DNA of 64,000 nucleotides from Eledone cirrhosa (lineage: Eukaryota): assembly GCA_964016885.1 (NCBI GenBank), contig OZ024741.1, forward strand, positions 132,494,001 to 132,558,000, in the 5' to 3' direction. The position numbers and the translations under genes were made by a program. The notes beneath the pieces were generated by a model. That model saw nothing but the letters and a program-made list of their open reading frames with translations, had not been told where the DNA came from and did not search any database. Below, piece after piece: positions 14,478-28,481 of this stretch (within the stretch, counting starts at the first letter, position 1; each line of letters begins with the position of its first letter).

Positions 14478-14696
14478 TATAAGTATGTATACGCACATAC
14501 ATATATGTATACAGACGTACAGTAGTATGTATATATATATACATACATGCACACATATATATATATGTACGTATGGATTATAATAAATGTTCGGTAAATC
14601 CATACGTACATATATATATATGTGTGCATGTATGTATATATATTAATACTACTGTACGTCTGTATACATATATGTTTGTACGTATACATACTTATA
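14478..14696. repeat. Fold-back inverted repeat (~100 bp arms)
   Basis: ATAAGTATGTATACG...GTACGTATGGATT mirrored by AATCCATACGTAC...CGTATACATACTTAT. Confidence 0.8.
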
Positions 14697-14755
14697 TTTA
14701 AGTAACAACCGTACTAAGAGTGAGAAATGAAATTTCGTTTCATTTTTTTTCCATT

Positions 14756-15169
<414 letters not shown>

Positions 15170-15237
15170 CGTAAAATAAGAAAATATCTTTTAAAAAAAA
15201 TTTTTTTTTGAAAATTTTTTTACTTACTTAAATTTTC

Positions 15238-15319
15238 ACTCCAACTAATTAGTTTCTGCAATGGGATAAAGACAGTTACGTAATCCAACTGTCGAGAATT
15301 CATTGCGTCATCAGGGAGT
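15238..15319 (-). ncRNA. Type I hammerhead motif inside an element with inverted ends (15161-15625)
   Basis: Minus strand: ACTCC-CTGATGA-CGCAATG..GACAGTT/AACTGTC..CATTGCA-GAAAC-TAATTA-GTT-GGAGT; palindrome AACTAATTAGTT. Confidence 0.8.
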
Positions 15320-15766
15320 CTATTCTCAGTTAAGTCTCCAGGCAATGCGCGGACACTGGCGGCTCATATAAAAATAATAATAATTCGGTAGATCGAACAG
15401 CTTGCGAGGACTGGATTCTATGTACCGAAATTCTCACTGCTTCAAGTCAAATGGCCGATTCTAAAGAATCAATCACGTGACACAGAGGCTAGTTAGAAGG
15501 AATGGGATGGTAAGATGACTGACGCCTACTAACACCCCAAAAAAAAGTTTTTTTAGAAGTGGTTTTGGCAATTTTTTTAAAAAAATTTTTTTTAAAAGAT
15601 ATTTTCTTATTTTACGTCTTTTATATTATTGTTCTGCATTCTCCTGCATTGAACCACCTAGGTACTATGACATAACCTGTGTATTTGCTAGCATGGGCGT
15701 GCATCTGTGCGCTTATGTTAGTTGATATATTAAATTATCTATATATATATATATATATATATATAG

Positions 15767-16249
15767 TAATAATAATAAAATTGAAGACTAAAATCCAAAG
15801 AGGGCTCGATAAGGAAAATATATATCAAATATATAAGAACCGTAGAGCAAATATTTATTAAAATAACAGATTAAAGTTTAAGCAAAGAATCGCTGCTTTC
15901 ACCCTTAACGGGATCTTCTGAAACTAACAAAGTCAATCTGTAAACGCAGAACTGGATATTTCAAAAAACGTTGCAACCGGAGGAAGACAGGAAGACGATA
16001 CTTTGGTTCGTGGTAACGTTCGCTGGCAAAGAACGGGAAAAAACGAATAATACGTCATTAATAGGAGCGGTGAAAAACAATTACGCGCAAAGACAAAACC
16101 ACGTTTATGGTATAAAAGAGGTCGTCTCCGGTTGCAACGTTTTTTGAAATATCCAGTTCTGCGTTTTCAGATTGACTTTGTTAGTTTCAGAAGTTCCCGT
16201 TAAGGGTGAAAGCAGCGATTCTTTGCTTAAACTTTAATCTGTTATTTTA

Positions 16250-16257
<8 letters not shown>
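15767..16257. mobile_element. Fold-back of a Penelope pseudo-LTR (family of 32232-34127) with two variant hammerheads (15875-15925 minus, 16183-16233 plus)
   Basis: 15767-16125 is the reverse complement of ~33763-34127; arms 15851-15982 and 16126-16257 are inverted. Confidence 0.85.
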
Positions 16258-16339
<82 letters not shown>

Positions 16340-16721
16340 ATAAATATATATATATAAACGAAAACAACAAAGCAAACATCACAGTACAATGAAGAAATAT
16401 TGTAGTTTATTCATATAAGAGGAGTTTTTACTACATGCATAGATGCGTAACTAAGTTAACGTTAATATATTTAATGCCGAGAATATACCAAAATCTACAA
16501 TTAGACAAGTAAAATGTTAGACACTGATACAAAGCAATGTAGAAAGATAGAAAGTTAGGATACTGCGGAGGGGGGTTAATTGGCAATGGGAGGTTAGCTG
16601 GTACACGGAGGAAGAGATAGAGAGTGGTTAAATGTGAGAGAGGGAAGAGAAAGGAATGTGAAGGAGGGAAAGAAGGACATATATATATATATATATGTAT
16701 GTGTATATATATATATATGTA

Positions 16722-16785
<64 letters not shown>

Positions 16786-17394
16786 GAGAGAGAGAGAGGT
16801 GGGAGCGAAAAGGAGCGAATATCTGAAAATGACATCTTTTCAGAGTTACATTAAGAAAAATAATAAGAACAATATCAAGGAGACTCGGAAAGGCAACATA
16901 GTTAACTACAACACTAAATGGCGAGACAGGTCTGTAAGTGAAAATAAATGACAAACAATCAAAATTAACAACTTTCAGAGAACTATATAGCAAAAATATA
17001 CAAAGACAGAACAAATCGAAACAAAAAGCAATATAAGTGAGTAAATATAGGGCTGTAGTAAAAAAAAAAAAAAAAAGATAGAAGAAAAAAAATAATTCAA
17101 CAAAACCGTTAAACCGAAAATATATGTTTGACGCCGATTTCTAAATTAGCAGACGTCCCGCAATATGAGATGTTGACAGTTTCTTTAAGAAAACAAAAGA
17201 AGCGAAGTAGATGAGAAAGAAAGAAAGAAAAGAGATCAATTGAAAGGTTTAAAGAGTTGTAGACAGGCACAGGATGGAGAGGGCGAAACTTGGGTGCGAA
17301 GGCCAAAGACCAAAAAAATGTTGCATGTGACTTATGCAGTTTGAATAATGAGAATGAGTGTATGCGTGCGATCCAGCGCACATATGAATGTGTT

Positions 17395-17426
<32 letters not shown>

Positions 17427-17442
17427 CATATAGATAGATAAC

Positions 17443-17705
17443 TTTCTTTTTATTTGCCACCAGGGCATCAAAGAGTGGGACAAGTACAAAGGGGGGAGTT
17501 TACATAAAAAGCGTCCTCACTAAGGAGGCAATAACAAAATATAAAAATATAAAATATAAAATATAACAAAAATAAATTGAATAACAAAATCCTCAATAGG
17601 GAGGAGGCGCCTTGGGGGGGGGGGGGTCGCACACACACACACCCGAAAAAAGTGGGCAACCCTTCTCCTCAGGAGCACAGAGAGAGGGTGGTCCCTTGAT
17701 CTTTC

Positions 17706-17706
<1 letters not shown>
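17443..17706 (-). mobile_element. Tx1/L1-clade LINE 3'-UTR fragment
   Basis: Same 3' terminus (..CCCTGGTGGCAAATAAAAAGAAA) as the neighbouring LINEs; (GATA)n on both sides. Confidence 0.8.
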
Positions 17707-17743
<37 letters not shown>

Positions 17744-17971
17744 TTCTATTTATTTGCCACGAGGGCACAAAAGAAGGGGACATTTACACACTGGGGGAGT
17801 TTACATAAATCGAGTAAAGAAAAAGGAATAACAATAATAATATAACAATAAAAAGTCCTCAAAAGGGAGGGGGCGTGTTGGGGATTGCACATACCCCCGA
17901 AAAGTGTGCAACTCTTTTCGCGGGGGAAGCCCAGAGAGGAGGCGCTCCCCCTTTCCTCTTCACTTCTTCAC

Positions 17972-20900
17972 CTACAGAACAATGTAGAGAGAAGGCCCAT
18001 TTACACGGGCCATTCTCGCTTCTTTCACCCACCTTTCATAAAACTGTCTGGGGTCAAGCACTTCTCTCTCCATCCTGATCCTTCTTCCGAAGTGGTATCG
18101 GAAGAAGTAAACCAGGTGATGGCCGGAGAGAAAGTCACCCGACCTCAGACCTTTCAGGCGCGTCCACCACACAACCTCTTTCATCATGGCTATTACGCAC
18201 AGAAAGACCGCCTCTGCTTCATTTCTGAAGGGAGGAGGCGGCTTGATGTTCACCACAGACTCGGCGGTTAATCGAATCGGCGCCACACGCGACAGCAGTC
18301 GTTCGACGTAGCCCCACAGATCGGCAACGCCCGGGCAGTGTACCAGTGCATGCGCAACGGTTTCCTCGTCGCGCACGCATCTGGGACAGATCTTTTTCGC
18401 GGGATCCCTGCCCGGGCGCCCGTGTCTGTAGAGCTTTTCTCGAGCGGGCAGAGCCCCCCGGTAACACTGCCAGGCTAGGGACCTTTGGAAGTTGTCCATG
18501 GGTCCCGGGCCGAAAGTTCTACCGAACAGGCTGGCCAGTTCGTGCTCCTCCATGCCTAGCGACTCTCCAAGGGTGTCGTCGCCCTTGCTAGCCACCAACC
18601 CTCTATAGAATGTCGAGGTGGATTCTCCACTGATAGTCGGGTCCGCTTGCCAGATAGCCGTGAGCGCCTGGGCACACTCGGTGTGCCAGTTGCCCAGTTT
18701 TCTCGGTCTTTGCTTCACCCAGGATTGCAGTTCGGTGAGCGAGACGAGCTGTGGGAAGGCTCGCCTCACAAACGGGGCCCACACCGGCTGACCGTTGAGG
18801 AATACCTGTAGATGCCGTAGCCTCAATGCGTGCCTACGCATCAACAGCCACGGCATACCCAGCCCTCCTTTCGAAGGGTGCTGGCAGCAGATGGATCTCC
18901 TCACCATGGGAGGCCGCTTCTTCCAGAGGAACTGGAAGAGCATGCGTTCCATGATGGTGAGCTTTTCCTTGGGGCAAGGCACGACGGTCAGGCGGTAGTA
19001 GATGACGGACGCTATGTAAGCGTTCTTCACCTCCGCCCGACCTTTCAGTGATAGTTTGCACTTGGCCCACTTCTGGGTCAGCGCAAACACCCTGCTCGTC
19101 ACCTCGCCCCAATTCTTCTCCACCTGGAGGTCCGGTCCGAACCAGACCCCGAGCAGCTTCACCGGGCCCTCCGTCCACCGCCCGACGACACCGTCTAACG
19201 GCATCGGTTTGGCCCTCCACGTTCCGAGTTGCAAACCGACTGCCTTGTCCTGGTTCAGCCTAGCCCCCGTCAGCCTTTCGTATTCCTCCAGTAGGGTGGC
19301 GATCGCCGCGATTTCCGAGGCGTCCGCCACCATTACTGTTACGTCGTCGGCATAGGCCGAGACCGCTTTGTGCAATCCCGGTTCCAGGGGTATGCCCCGC
19401 AGCAACTCCAACTTCCGCAGCAGTGGCTCGAGAGTCAATACGTACAGAAGGGAGGAGAGGGGGCACCCCTGTCTGATGGACCGGGTGATTTGAAACGGCT
19501 CCGAGAGGTAGCCGTTTACTTTAATCCTAGAGTAGATGTTGCCACTGTGCATGGCAGAAATCCAGCCCCTGAAAACGGGTCCGAAGCCCGCCGCCGCTAG
19601 CACCACATCCAGGTAACCATGGTCGACCCTATCGAACGCCTTAGATTGATCCAAGTTGATCAGGGCCCCACCAAAGCCGGGTTCGTTGCCAACCCTCTCT
19701 ATGATGTATCGCATGAGGTGGAGGTTGTCGTGAATGGACCTGGACGGGATAGCGCATGTCTGCGCGTCTCCCACCAAACCACCCACCACAAGCGCCAATC
19801 TCTTCGCCAACACCTTGGCCAAAATCTGTAACTCTGCATTCAGCAGAGTTATGGGCCTAAAGTTACTTAAGTCGTCCCCCTTGCTCTCGTCCTTCCTCAC
19901 TAGCGTGACCACGCCCTTGGTCACAGCACAGGGAATTCTCCCGTTCTGTTGCCAGTTGCAATAGACAGCCTCGAGGAGTTCGGAGAACAAGACCGGCATA
20001 GCTAAATAAAGTTCGTATGGTAGACCATCGAGACCCGGGGATTTGCGTCTGCTGCATTGGCTGAGCGCTTCCCCGATTTCAGTGGCTGTGATTGGCCTTT
20101 CGCAGCACTCCGCTTCGCCGCTCGAAAGACGCGGTAGACCGTCGAGGTATGGACCGAAGTCCACATCCCCGTCCGGCCCCCCTCCCCCTCCGAACAATCG
20201 AGCAAAGTGCCTTTGAAAGGCCTCGCACATCCGCTCAGGTTCAAGATTCACCCGTCCATCCTGGTCTCGCAAAGACCGAATGGTGGATTTAATCCCACTC
20301 TTGGCTTCTGTCACGCGGGCCCAGCTAACAGCTTTGGTCCCCTCGTTTCCTAAAGCACGGACAACGCAGCCTTCGTGCTTCGCGTCAAAGAACTGGCTCA
20401 ACGCCGTTCTCGCCGCTAACACTCTGGCTACGTCTCCCCTCCTAATCGCCTCTTCTAGTTTATCTGTTAACTCCCTTTCCTTCCTATTTCTATTCGCCGC
20501 TAGTTCCTTACTGTAACCTATCGAACTTACTCTAATCTCTCTCTTTAGAGATACCCACCACCTACTGTTGACGATCGCTCCCGTCAACCGCATCTTAACT
20601 AAGCTACTAATCCGGTTCCTGTAATCTTTCTTTGCCGGCAAGGACAAGTTCATCTTCCAGTAACCGGGACCCTGTCTATGCGTTCTATCAAGGTTGACCA
20701 CGCAGGTCACTAATTTGTGATCTGAATAGCCAACCATGATCAATTCTGGACAACTAAATACGTCCCTATCCTTACTCCTAACCAAAAACCTATCTAGGTA
20801 CGATCTAGATTGTCCACTGCGGTTTGCCCAGGTCCAGGTTGGCGCAGTTGGACAATCTAGTCGAAATCTATCGACCAGGTCGAATCGATCGAGTAACCCC

Positions 20901-21399
20901 TTGAGGCTGCTACACCCCCCCCCCTCTATCGGGACATGCCCCTGCATAGTCCCAACGCGCATCTAGGATTCCATTCCAGTCCCCCACTAAAAGCAGGGAA
21001 CGCGACGTTCCTAGAAAAGTCTCCAGACGCTGGAAGAGGTCGGCTCTTTCAGCCCCGAAGGGGGCATAAAGACCGACCAGTCTGAAAGCCCCGCCTTCAC
21101 CTCCTCCGACGTCCAGCACCAGTAATCGACCCCCCGGGTCCGAGTGAACAATCTGTACGTCGAGAGCCAGACGTTTATCCAGCAGTACGGCAACTCCCCC
21201 CCCCCCCCCCACCTCCGGGTTGACAGAGAGATGCGTGCATCTCAAAGTCATCGAAGGCGGGCGCCAGCTGTCTCACGCTGCTGATCCGACTCTCGCAAAC
21301 AACCATCACATCTATACTTTGTGACCTGAGGTCATTTAGAAGCTTTGCTTGCTTCCAAGCTGAGCCCAGGCCACGCGCGTTCAAACAGCCAACTCTCAA
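17972..21399 (-). CDS. LINE ORF2 (AP endonuclease + reverse transcriptase + C-terminal Zn finger); two frameshifts in G-runs near the N-terminus
   Basis: LNARGL, VVCE, GDWN, SYLDRF, YSDH (APE); KSPGLDG, FRPITLLN, LDQSKAFDRVDH, RQGCPLS, YADD, LLGV (RT); CPRC..ETVAHALVHC. Confidence 0.93.
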
Positions 21400-21404
21400 T
21401 TGAT

Positions 21405-23245
21405 CTATTTTGGTGTTGAAAGTGAAGAAAGAAAAGCACCTACCTCTCCGGGTTGTGTAATTTCCATGGTATCAGGTGTGTTGGGTGGAGGGATGTTTTG
21501 TGGTGGTGTGGAGGTACCCGTGTGTGGTGGGGTTGGGGTATTTGGAGTTGTGTCAGGGAGAGGGGCGGTTATGGGGAAATCTTTCAAGAGGACGCGATTT
21601 AACGGTTTTAAACAGGGGGGGGGGCTCACGTCCCGTCTAAATTGTTCTTTTAAGGAACGATAAAGGTCCAGAGGGACCTTTATCATTTTTAAATGGGTGA
21701 AGTTCTCTGTTGAGATAAAGTTTGGCCCTTCGGTCTGCACCATAGGGTTATTGTTTATTAATTTAACCAGTTTTTTGTTTTCTTTATTTATATATGTGTA
21801 TTGCAACGTCTTTTTTTGTGATGCTGTCAATGTTTCGGAGAGGGGAGGCGCAGATTTATTTTTGTTTGTTGAGGGTGGGGTGTTTTTGATTGGAGTTGGT
21901 GTTTGTGTGTGGGTTATTTGTGGTGTGCTGGGTGTGTGTTTTCTTTTTTTTCTTTTAACTTGTCTGAAGGCTTCTCCTCCTTCTTCTTCAGAAGTTGGGG
22001 GAAACTCTTCAGCGCTAGGTGGGAGGGACGTGTTGTGTGGTTGTTTTTTTTTGCGGGAGGGGTAGATTTGTTACTGTTTTTTTTATTATTTGTTTGGAAT
22101 GGGTTTTGTGGTGGTGGTGGTGGTGGTAATGTTTGTGTCGTGCTTGTGGTTGGTGATGGTGGTGGTGATGTTTGTGTTGTGGTTGGTGGTGGTGATTTTT
22201 GTGTCGTGCTTGTGTTTGGTGGTGGTGATGTTTGTGTTGTGTTTGTGGTTGGTGGTGTCTGTATTTTGTTTGCTGTGTGTGGTATTAGTGTATTTTTGGA
22301 GGTGGGTGGTGTTGGTGTACTGTTTGTGGTGGGTCTGGGCAATAGTCCTTTTTGGGGGATACGTTTCGGGCAGTTAGCCTTAACGTGTCCCCTTTCCATG
22401 CATAAATAGCATGCTGGTCTTCTCCCCTCTACAATTATATCTATTGGGGTAAGGTCATCCAGCCAGATGCGATCCGGGATTTGTGCTATTCTTTCGGGCC
22501 TCATTTGGACTAGTATGTCGAGGCCCATTCCCAGGAACGCATCTCCAGTTGCCTTCCCCATTGACAGCATTGTGTCTTCGCCCATGTCTATGAAGCCAGC
22601 AATAGCCCACCAGAAGTCCATTGTGGGCAGCATTGTTTTTACTTTTACTCTCTGTGTTCTTCTACCCATGTAGGAGGGATAGAAGCTGTATGTTGTCGAT
22701 GAGAGTGGGCTTAGGGAAAGCTTCTCCGCCGTTTCCTTGTCTTTTGTTAGGACCGAAATGCTGCCATAGAGTCGGTCCTTTCGTATGAAGAGAATATTCT
22801 TCATATAGTCTTTTAGGACCAACTCTATTTCCATTTGGCTGGGCTGTGCTGGATTTCTTGTCTGGTTCAGTATAGTTCTGAAGAGAACTGTGCTCTCTGT
22901 TCTGGCTTTCTTGAATTCTGGGGGGGGGGGGAGTTAATGGAAAACATTCCGTTCTCCCCCAAGACTATTTGTTTTTTCGCTTCGGCCAGTTTTTCTCTGG
23001 CGGCAGTTAAGTCAATTGGTGTGTATGTTATGGATTGTTTTGTTTTCTGGGCGAAAGTTGCCCTGTTGTTATTTGTATTATTTTCTGTTTGTTTGTTTTC
23101 CGTTTGCTCATTTTCCTTAACATTTGGTTTTTTCATTTTCCTTGTTTGTTTCGTTGTCTAATTTTGTTGTAATTATTTTTTGTTCTTCAGACTTGGGGGG
23201 CGTGGCAGAGCTAATGGCAGACATGTCTGCCATCTTTTCCGCCAT
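21405..23245 (-). pseudogene. LINE ORF1 (gag-like, CCHC zinc knuckle, Pro/Thr-rich), frameshifted
   Basis: EGRRPACYLCMERGHVKANCP; homologous to 50401-52230; frame changes fall at homopolymer runs. Confidence 0.8.
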
Positions 23246-23462
23246 GCTGCCAAGAAAGAAATTTTTCGGCAAAAATAGATATTTATTTTACCCCCTAAAA
23301 AGGGGGTAAATGCAAAAATGTTTCCCTAAATAACAGGGGTTAGTGTTCCAAATGTGTTGCACTGAAAAATTTATCCGGTACTTACTATAGTAAGGGTAAA
23401 TCCCGATGGAATAGCGGAGCCGATGTGAAGCGTGTCTTACTCTATCAAGATAGATAGATATA

Positions 23463-25981
23463 TTTCTTTATTAGCCACAGGGGCACAAAAGAAGGGGACA
23501 AATACAAAGGGGGAAGTTTACATACAATAAAAACGTGTAAAATGTTATCACAGATGGAATTTAAAAGTTAGTCGATTTTCCCCAATAGAGGGAGACAGTT
23601 TATATGGGTAACACATACCCCCGAAAAAAATGTGCAACCCTCATCTCCAGGAGTACGAAAAGCTTGTACTCCTTTCCTCTCCTCCTCCTTTTCCTCAACC
23701 TACAGTCTGATATAGAGAGAAGGCCCATTCACTCGGGCCATTCTCGCCACTTTCACCCACCTTTCATAAAACTTGCTGGGGTACAGCACCTCTCTCTCCA
23801 TCCTGATTCTTCTTCCAAAGTGGTATTTGAAAAAAAGAATCAGTTGTTGGCCGGAGAGAAAGGTGTCTGACCTCAGCCCTTTCAACCTTGTCCACCATAC
23901 AACCTCTTTCGCCATAGCTATCACACAAAGGAAAACCGCCTCTCCTTCGTTTTTGAAGGAGGGTGGCGGTTTGATAATGACAATGGACTCGGTGGTCAAC
24001 TGGATTGGTCCCACCCGCGACAATAGTCGTTCTACATAGCCCCACAGGTCAGTGACGCCCGGGCAGTGTATGAATGCGTGCGCGACGGTTTCTTCGTCTC
24101 GCACGCACCTCGGACAGATCTTTTTTGCAGGGTCCCTGCCCGGGCGCCCATGTCTGTAGAGCTTGTCTCGAACTGGTAGAGCTCCTCGGTAGCACTGCCA
24201 GGCCAGGGACTTTTGGAAGTTGTCCATCAGTCCCGGGCGGAAGGTCCTACCGAACAGACTGGCCAGTTCATCTTCCTCTACGCCTAGAGTTTCACCGAGC
24301 GCGTCGTCGCACTTGCTGCGGACCAACCCTCTATAGAATGACGAAGTGGAGTCTCCACTGATCTCCGGGTCCGCCTGCCAGAGGGCTGTGAGCGCCTGAG
24401 CACATTCGATGTGCCAGTCGCCCATTTTCCTCGGTCTCTGCTTGACCCAGGACTGCAGCTCGGTCAGCGAGACGAGTCGTGGGAAGGCTCGCCTCACGAA
24501 CGGGGCCCACACCGGTTGTCCGGTGAGGAATACGTAGAGATGCCGCAGCCTGAGCGCGTGTTTGCGCATCGTCAACCACGGCATCCCCAGCCCTCCGTTA
24601 GAAGGGTGTTGGCAGCAGATGGATCTTCTCACCAAAGGAGCCCGCCTCTTCCAAAGGAATCGGAAGAGCGCGCGCTCCATTTTGGCGAGCGTTTTGGCTG
24701 GACAAGGCACGACGGTCAAGCGGTAGTAGATGGCGGACGCTATAAAAGTGTTCGCCACCTCCGCTCGACCTTTCAAGGATAGTTTGCACTCGGCCCACTT
24801 CTGGGTGAGTGCAAACACCTTGGCCGTCACTTAGTTCCAGTTCTTCTCCACCTGGAGGTCCGGACCAAACCAGACCCCGAGCAGCTTTACCGGTCCTTCC
24901 GTCCAGCGTCCGACGACGCCATCGGAAGGCATCGGTCTGCCTCTCCACGATCCGAGTTGCAAACCGATGGACTTGTCCCGGTTCAGCTTCGCTCCTGTGA
25001 GACTTTCGTATTCCTTCAGTAAGGTGCCGACTTCCTCGATTTGCGAGGCGCTCGACACCATTACTGTCACGTCGTCGGCGTAGGCCAACGCCGCTTTCCG
25101 CAGTCCCGGTTCCAGAGGGATGCCCTGCAATAGCTCCAGCTTCCGCAGTAGTGGCTCGAGAGTCAGTACGTACAGAAGGGAGGAGAAAGGGAATCCTTGT
25201 CGAATGGATCGCGTAATATGGAACGGCTCCGAGAGGTAACCGTTCACCTTGACCCTTGAGCAGATGTTGCTGTTGTGCATTGCAGCAATCCAGCCCCTGA
25301 ACACGGGTCCGAAGCCTGCCGCCTCGAGCACCGCATCCAGGTAACGATGGTCAACCCTATCGAAAGCCTTAGACTGATCCAAGTTGATCAGGGCCCCACT
25401 GAAGCCGGGTTTACACCCTACCCTCTCTATGATGTATCGCATGAGGTGGAGGTTGTCGTGTATGGACCTGGTCGGGATTGCGCATGTCTGCGCTTCTCCC
25501 ACCAGGTTCTCGACAACAAGCGCCAGCCTCTTTGCCAACACCTTGGCCAAAATCTGTAACTCTGTGTTTAGCAGAGTTATGGGCCGGAAGTTGCCTATGT
25601 CATCCCCCTTATTCTCGTCCTTCCTGATTAGTGTGACCACGCCCCCGGTTACAGAACTGGGAATTCTCCCGTTCTGTTGCCAGTTGCAGTAGACCGCTTC
25701 CAGGAGACCGGAGAATAAGTCCGGCATTGCTACGTAAAATTCGTAGGGTAGACCGTCGAGACCTGGAGATTTGCGTTTGCCGCATTGGCTCAGCGCGTCC
25801 CCTATCTCAGTGGCTGAAATCGGCTTTTCGCAGAACTTCGCCTCGCTGTCCGAGAGTCGCGGTAGGCCGTCGAGGTATGGACCGAAATCCATAGCCTCTC
25901 CCGGCGCGCCGCTCCCCCCGAACAGCCGAGCAAAGTGCCGCTGAAAAGCCGCACACATCTGCTTCGGCTCACGTATCACGC

Positions 25982-25982
<1 letters not shown>
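23463..25982 (-). mobile_element. 5'-truncated Tx1/L1-clade LINE; RT interrupted by one stop at 24831
   Basis: ORFs 24831-25979 and 23700-24830 are in frame and homologous to 17972-20962; truncation point abuts a long (GATA)n. Confidence 0.93.
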
Positions 25983-26073
<91 letters not shown>

Positions 26074-26518
26074 TGTGTGTGTTTGTGTATTTATATGTAT
26101 ATATATAATCGATGTGTACATGCACGCTTAATACTTAATTTTATACATATATGAAGACTTATATGAATATATGAGTGAGTTTTAATATACAGATATAAGT
26201 GCATATAACTTAGAAACAGCATACATCTACATTATGTATATGTATACGTATGTGTATTTCTCAACAAACATAAAATTGTTTATGTCTATACATATGGGTG
26301 CGTATGTATTCGTATGCATTCACAAGCGGGTGTAATTAGATATGCCTTCCTTAAGCAGTAACTGTCTGGTGTGTGAGGTCGTATGTCAGTTTATGGGGCT
26401 CCTTTATTTGAATTCGTAGATAGGTTTGGTTTATTCTAGATGTATTTACGTTCAATTGACATTCTTATATACACCCACATACACACACATATATATGTGT
26501 GTGTGTGTGCGTATATAT

Positions 26519-26603
<85 letters not shown>

Positions 26604-26622
26604 CGTGCGTGTGTGTGCGTGC

Positions 26623-26720
<98 letters not shown>

Positions 26721-26727
26721 AAAATAA

Positions 26728-26884
26728 AATCTCAACACAGTTGCATGCTACGTGAGGTTTGAAAGCCTACTCTAGCTTACCAAGTATTGGATGAAAGATA
26801 AGCAAGACTAGCAGATATACATCCCTAAGACTTATATCAGAATAAGCTTTGAAACCTTAGGTAGCATGCAAATGTGTTGAGATT
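26728..26884. repeat. Imperfect fold-back inverted repeat (~48 bp arms)
   Basis: AATCTCAACACAGTTGCATGCTACGTGAGGTTTGAAAGC vs GCTTTGAAACCTTAGGTAGCATGCAAATGTGTTGAGATT. Confidence 0.7.
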
Positions 26885-27450
26885 ATATTTATAATAATAT
26901 ACTTTAGCTCTGTGCTTAGTGTAGAGTGGTCTTTTTCTTTAATCTAGTCTATGGAAACACGTGATACTATCTCTCTCTAATCTTTCTCTCTCTCTCTCTC
27001 TCTCTCTCTTGGTCTTTGTATTTATTATCACTATATATATATATATATTATATTATATTATTGTACTGGGTAATTGCTGGCCTTGTGCCAAAAGTAGAAA
27101 CAATTATTTTATATATGTATATACATGTGTGTGTATGTGTGTGTATAATATTATATTTCATCAGTGGGGCGTATATGAAAGCACATACGGGAAGGTCGAT
27201 CGACAAGATCCCAGACCTCATTCTCTTAACGAGTGGGTGGAGCTCGTCAAATCGTACCGAGGAAACAATTTTTTCATTGGTCTTTCCAATTGCTAATACT
27301 ATCTGTCGATCGCAAATCCAAGCAGAAGGACATGAAATTCTTTCTTGGTTCTAATATTCCATATTTTAAACTCCGTCGCAATATGGCGTGTTGTCCGCTA
27401 CTAGTTGCATTTACTTCAGTATTGAATTGTATGTGCATGTGCGTGTCTGC

Positions 27451-27567
<117 letters not shown>

Positions 27568-27912
27568 TCTGTGTGTGTGTCTGTGTATGTGAGTCTGTGT
27601 GTGTGTCTGTGTGTGTGTTTGTGTGAGTCTATCTGTGTGTCTGTCTGTGTGTGCATATATGTAATGTATGTCTGGGTATATAGGAATATGACTGGTGTGT
27701 GCATGTATGCATGTATGCATATATGTACATATGTATATATATGTATGAACGTATGTACATGTGTATGCATATATATATATATTTACTTATGCATGTTTAT
27801 GTATGTATATATGTACATGTGTATATATGTATGCACGTATGTACTTTTGTATGTATATATATACATATATATATATATATGTATACATGTATATATACAT
27901 ATATATGTATGT

Positions 27913-27987
<75 letters not shown>

Positions 27988-28025
27988 AGTATATATATAT
28001 ATGTAAATATATATATATATGTAAG

Positions 28026-28118
<93 letters not shown>

Positions 28119-28171
28119 TAATAAAAACAATGAATAAAAACAAAGAACAAGTTCCTTATATTAAAAAATTA

Positions 28172-28305
28172 AATCATTTTACGATCGTTTCTAGGATATA
28201 TATGTGTGTTGGTATGTATATCATATAGATCTATGTAAACATTTTACAAACTATCAGAGGAAATATACATACCTTCACATATATATGCTGTCTTCAGAAA
28301 TAATT
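28172..28305 (-). ncRNA. Type I hammerhead motif with ~100 nt stem II
   Basis: Minus strand: AATTATTT-CTGAAGA-CAGCATATATATGTG..GGTATGTATAT...ATATACATACC..CACATATATATCCTA-GAAAC-GATC-GTA-AAATGATT; palindrome ACGATCGT. Confidence 0.8.
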
Positions 28306-28481
28306 GTTTATATTTTTAGCACAAGGCCAGCAATTACCCAGTGCATTACTGGTACTTTATTTTATCGACCCCGTAAGGATGAAAGGCAAAGTTAACCTCG
28401 GCGGGATTTGAACTCAGAATGGCAAGGGCCATAACTCTATACGTCAAAGCATGGCGTCCGACCCTCTACCGATACTGCCAA
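28306..28481 (-). mobile_element. tRNA-derived SINE with 11 bp target-site duplication
   Basis: A-box-like TGGCAGTATCGG and B-box-like GAGTTCAAATCC on the minus strand; TCAGAAATAAT duplicated at 28294-28304 and 28482-28492. Confidence 0.85.

Larger units (their letters stand above)
17744..23448 (-). mobile_element. Full-length Tx1/L1-clade non-LTR retrotransposon in (GATA)n
   Basis: 5' UTR, ORF1 with CCHC knuckle, ORF2 APE-RT-CCHC, 3' UTR with AATAAA; both ends abut (GATA)n. Confidence 0.93.
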
